From Amoebidium appalachense (taxonomy: Eukaryota > Protista > Ichthyosporea), in the NCBI GenBank assembly GCA_963693365.1, contig CAVNZM010000011.1, positions 4,348,639 through 4,412,638 of the forward strand: 64,000 bases of DNA, given 5' to 3'. Below the pieces are notes generated by a model. That model saw only the letters and a program-made list of their open reading frames with translations, searched no databases and was not told the origin of the DNA. A program made the position numbers and the translations under genes. Shown here in pieces: positions 56,729 to 64,000 of this stretch. The first letter of the stretch is position 1; every line of letters begins with the position of its first letter.

Positions 56729-57312
56729 CTTGGCACAAGTAAGTAAACCGAAATGTGTACTGCAAAAGTCACACGAGAATGATAATCGATTCTTACCACT
56801 AATTATGAAGTTCTGCTATGATAGTAGCAATGTGCAAGCGGCTGAATAACTTGTGGAAGGTAAACCAGCCAGTGTACGTATAGCACATGTGTGTGCGCTT
56901 ACAAGCCACTGCGGAAGTTGTGATGAAAAAATGAACTTCGTGTTCTGGTTATACCGGTAGGATGACGCACGATTAGCTTGGCTCACCAATAGCAATCAAG
57001 AAAGGTTTCTCGAATGTTGATTGGTTATAAGCTACACAACAAAAGCTTTGATTGGTGTTTCCGGCTTCTGGCGGGAAGTGAAAACGAACCAGAATAAAGA
57101 AGCTGACGTCATTAGATTTTCTTAAGCCAATACAAATGTTGTAACTGTTTTCATGTACATTCCTCGAAGATCACGGCGTCACGGAGATCGCCAGGCGGCA
57201 GTCCGGCTGGCACAACGGTCTGGAGAAGCAAGCTCGCGAGCTCTAGAGACTCAACATCATAAATAAGTGTACAGTGCACGCCGCCTATGCAAGGTAGCTT
57301 TATGTAGCTGGT

Positions 57313-57800
57313 AATAGCTGTTATTAAATCGAAAACTCCAGTGTGTGGATGCCGGTAGCCCTGCGAAGCCGTGTTGGAGGCAAGGCTTGGACGCTTGCCA
57401 GTCACGGTGTCACAGCCATGGTCATACGCATCAAGTTGACAGTCATGAGCTGAGTCATGAGCTATCTATAGCACACAGATGTCCATGATTAGTGTGGCTA
57501 AGTAAGTGGTGACAGTGCTACTGTCTATGAAATCAATGGTCCCCGCTGTGCGCATGCTGCACGAATGTAACACTCATGACGTCTACTACGCACACTTAAT
57601 AATAGCTGATGGAGACTTGAAAACTCCTGTGTGTGGATGTCCGCACGCAGCCCTGCGAACTTCGCGAGGCCATGTTGCCTACACAACGGGTGGCAATAAA
57701 TCGTCATACTTCGGAATGCGTTTGTGCTATTTAAAGCACATAGATGTCCGCAGGTACGGACACACGTGTTTACAAATAAATGGTCCCCGCTGTGTGAATC
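57313..57800. repeat. Degenerate tandem duplication, period about 270-290 bp
   Basis: AATAGCTG..GAAAACTCC(A/T)GTGTGTGGATG..AGCCCTGCGAA occurs at 57313 and 57601; AGCACA(C/T)AGATGTCC..AATGGTCCCCGCTGTG occurs at ~57470-57550 and ~57735-57796. Confidence 0.65.
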
Positions 57801-58260
57801 GAACGCGCTAGACTGTATACGTAACGTGTGACGTTTACATATTGCACACTGGATATATTTGTGTGCGCATGCCCATCACATCACTCTTAATTCTAGAGTA
57901 CACGTCACCATTTGAGTTTCTGTGACAAACAATATGGCATATGCACGGCATACAGTAAACATGTCCACGGTATTGCGAGCAAGTGACGTATCGAAAACAG
58001 TCGAATACTTGGGGGGCGGGGCTCACCCTGAATTGTTCGTATTGGGACGGATCCTGGAACAGTGGGGACCGCGCCACAGAGAGAGGGACGGGAGGGTGGA
58101 AGGGTTGGAGCTCGAGAGCTCGAGAGCTCGAAAGGGATCCGGGGAGAGAGGGCCGGGGAACTTAAGAGAGAACAAACGACTCACATGTAAGAGAGAGCTT
58201 GATAGAGAGCCAGAGAGAGATACGTAGAGCGAGAGCGAGAGAGAGAGAGAGAGAGAGCTC

Positions 58261-58291
<31 letters not shown>

Positions 58292-58292
58292 C

Positions 58293-58345
<53 letters not shown>

Positions 58346-59479
58346 GGGGGGGGGAGAAGGGGAAGAGGGAGAGAGTGAGAGAGAGCCCGAAAGAGAGTCG
58401 GAGAGAGAGAGCTCGAGAGAGAGAGAGGCTTTAAGGGATCCGAAGCCCGCCCGGCGCGCCGCGCGGGGAGGGGAGGGGGGGGGGAGGGGGGGATTCAACG
58501 TCACGGTCACGGTACCGGCCGTACGGCTCTAGGATATCTAGATCCGAGTCATGAAGACTGTGGACGTGCTAACGAGCACACTATTATGCGCATACTTCAT
58601 TATTGTTGAGGTTCCGGGATGCCAGTCTAAAATTTATTGCAAGGTGCCCTTGATCATGAAGATGTACGTCAAGTACGGTCTAAGTTGAATCAACCGGTGT
58701 ATCCTAAGTTTATTACCGGCCGTGATGTGCATTAGAAATGGCTCATGGTCAAGGCCTCCTAGATAAAAGATAGGTTTAAAAGATAGGTTTATCTACTATT
58801 AGGAGGCCTTGCTCATGGTGTGCATGACATGTGCTTCCCTGTTCTTGAAAAATTTCACGGAGAGACATCACACGGTGGGCCCAAAGTAAAAGCAATCCCC
58901 CCCCCCCCCCCCCCCCCCCCCCCACACACACACACATACCACAAAAAAAAAAAAAAAAAAAAAAAAAAGAAAGAGTTGAAAAGACCCACACTGTCGTGGT
59001 TCTGTTTACCCACCCCGAATGTACGTGTGTGTGGACCGTCCGTGGTGCACAGATGATTCTGTACATGTTCGGATAAAAACAGTACATGTTCGCGCCCGTT
59101 TGTGTGGCGCGGGTGTCCACATAATGGGCACTGCGACAATACATATCCTTTGTATAGCCCTCACCATGCAATACTACATGAAGGCGGGCAACACGCAACA
59201 CCAGTACTAAGATTCGGTTTTTGCATTCATACCTAGTTCCAAGAACGGCTCTATATAAACATCATCCACCCATGGCTTCAGGTCCGGTAATATTTTGAAA
59301 TTTGGACGTCAACAGGATTGTTCTGGGCAGAGAAAAACACAAGAGGGAAGCGTTAGGAAAGGAAGAGCGGCAGAAGGGGTGATTGTTTGAGTTGATATAG
59401 TTGACATTTGTCTGTGTTCCTTTTTTTTCTTTTTTTTTTTTTTTTTTTTGGGGGGGGGGGGGGAGGGGGAGGAGAGAAA

Positions 59480-59514
<35 letters not shown>

Positions 59515-59649
59515 AGGGGGGATTTTCTTGCTGAATTATAGAATGCCCGGAGAACGAACAGGACAACCAAGATTCGAAAGGGGGAAACACCCAAATCAAC
59601 CGAGCAAAAAACAAAACAAAACAAAACCAAAAAAAAAAAAAACCACGGC

Positions 59650-63657
<4,008 letters not shown>

Positions 63658-63679
63658 CTGCAGGGGGGTGGGTGGAGAT

Positions 63680-63830
63680 ATAGATTAGATTCGATTATCT
63701 AGATCGGAGAATCTAGATTGTAAGATTTGGATAGGAACAAAGTTTAAAGTTAAGAGATTTAGGTTGAGTTTCTAGATTGGAAGAAACTAGATTACAAGAT
63801 TGAAGAGCTAGATTTGGTGATGTTGAATTA
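63680..63830. repeat. Degenerate (CT)AGATT array, intronic
   Basis: AGATT recurs about 10 times. Confidence 0.55.
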
Positions 63831-64000
63831 TGGAATGGAACTAAATCACATGACAAGAGGAATAGGGTGGTTTCCGGTGGGTTTTGACCAGTAGGGGTGT
63901 TTGATTTGATAAAAAAATTATTAAAAAAACATGGTAGCTGGCATGAATTGTTGTTGAAATAAAAAGTTAATGGCACAAGGACATCGTGGTGTGAGAGCAT

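Overview
Eukaryotic genomic DNA, probably from a non-model opisthokont-type microbial eukaryote (inferred from gene content only). Introns are saturated with poly-G/poly-C runs and (CA)n/(GT)n/(GA)n microsatellites, so most ORFs in the six-frame track are low-complexity artefacts. Manual splicing gives frame-consistent multi-exon genes for NOP53 (-), ARPC3 (-, with a GC-AG intron), a DUF429 predicted RNase H-like nuclease (+), the 3' part of a CASTOR/GATS-like ACT-domain protein (-), an I78-like protease inhibitor (+), an unknown multipass membrane protein (-), and a poorly resolved orphan gene at the left end. There are also three intronless genes (START/DUF2505-like protein with an FFAT motif, a bacterial-type GST, an MHS-family MFS transporter) and one tRNA-Ala(AGC). 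The most unusual signal is a ~265-nt dispersed element present in about 8 full or partial copies. All copies lie inside introns, all are sense to the host gene, and the well-preserved ones end in CATTC(AA) against a poly-C tract. Its copies show compensatory base changes consistent with a conserved multi-stem, pseudoknotted RNA structure.
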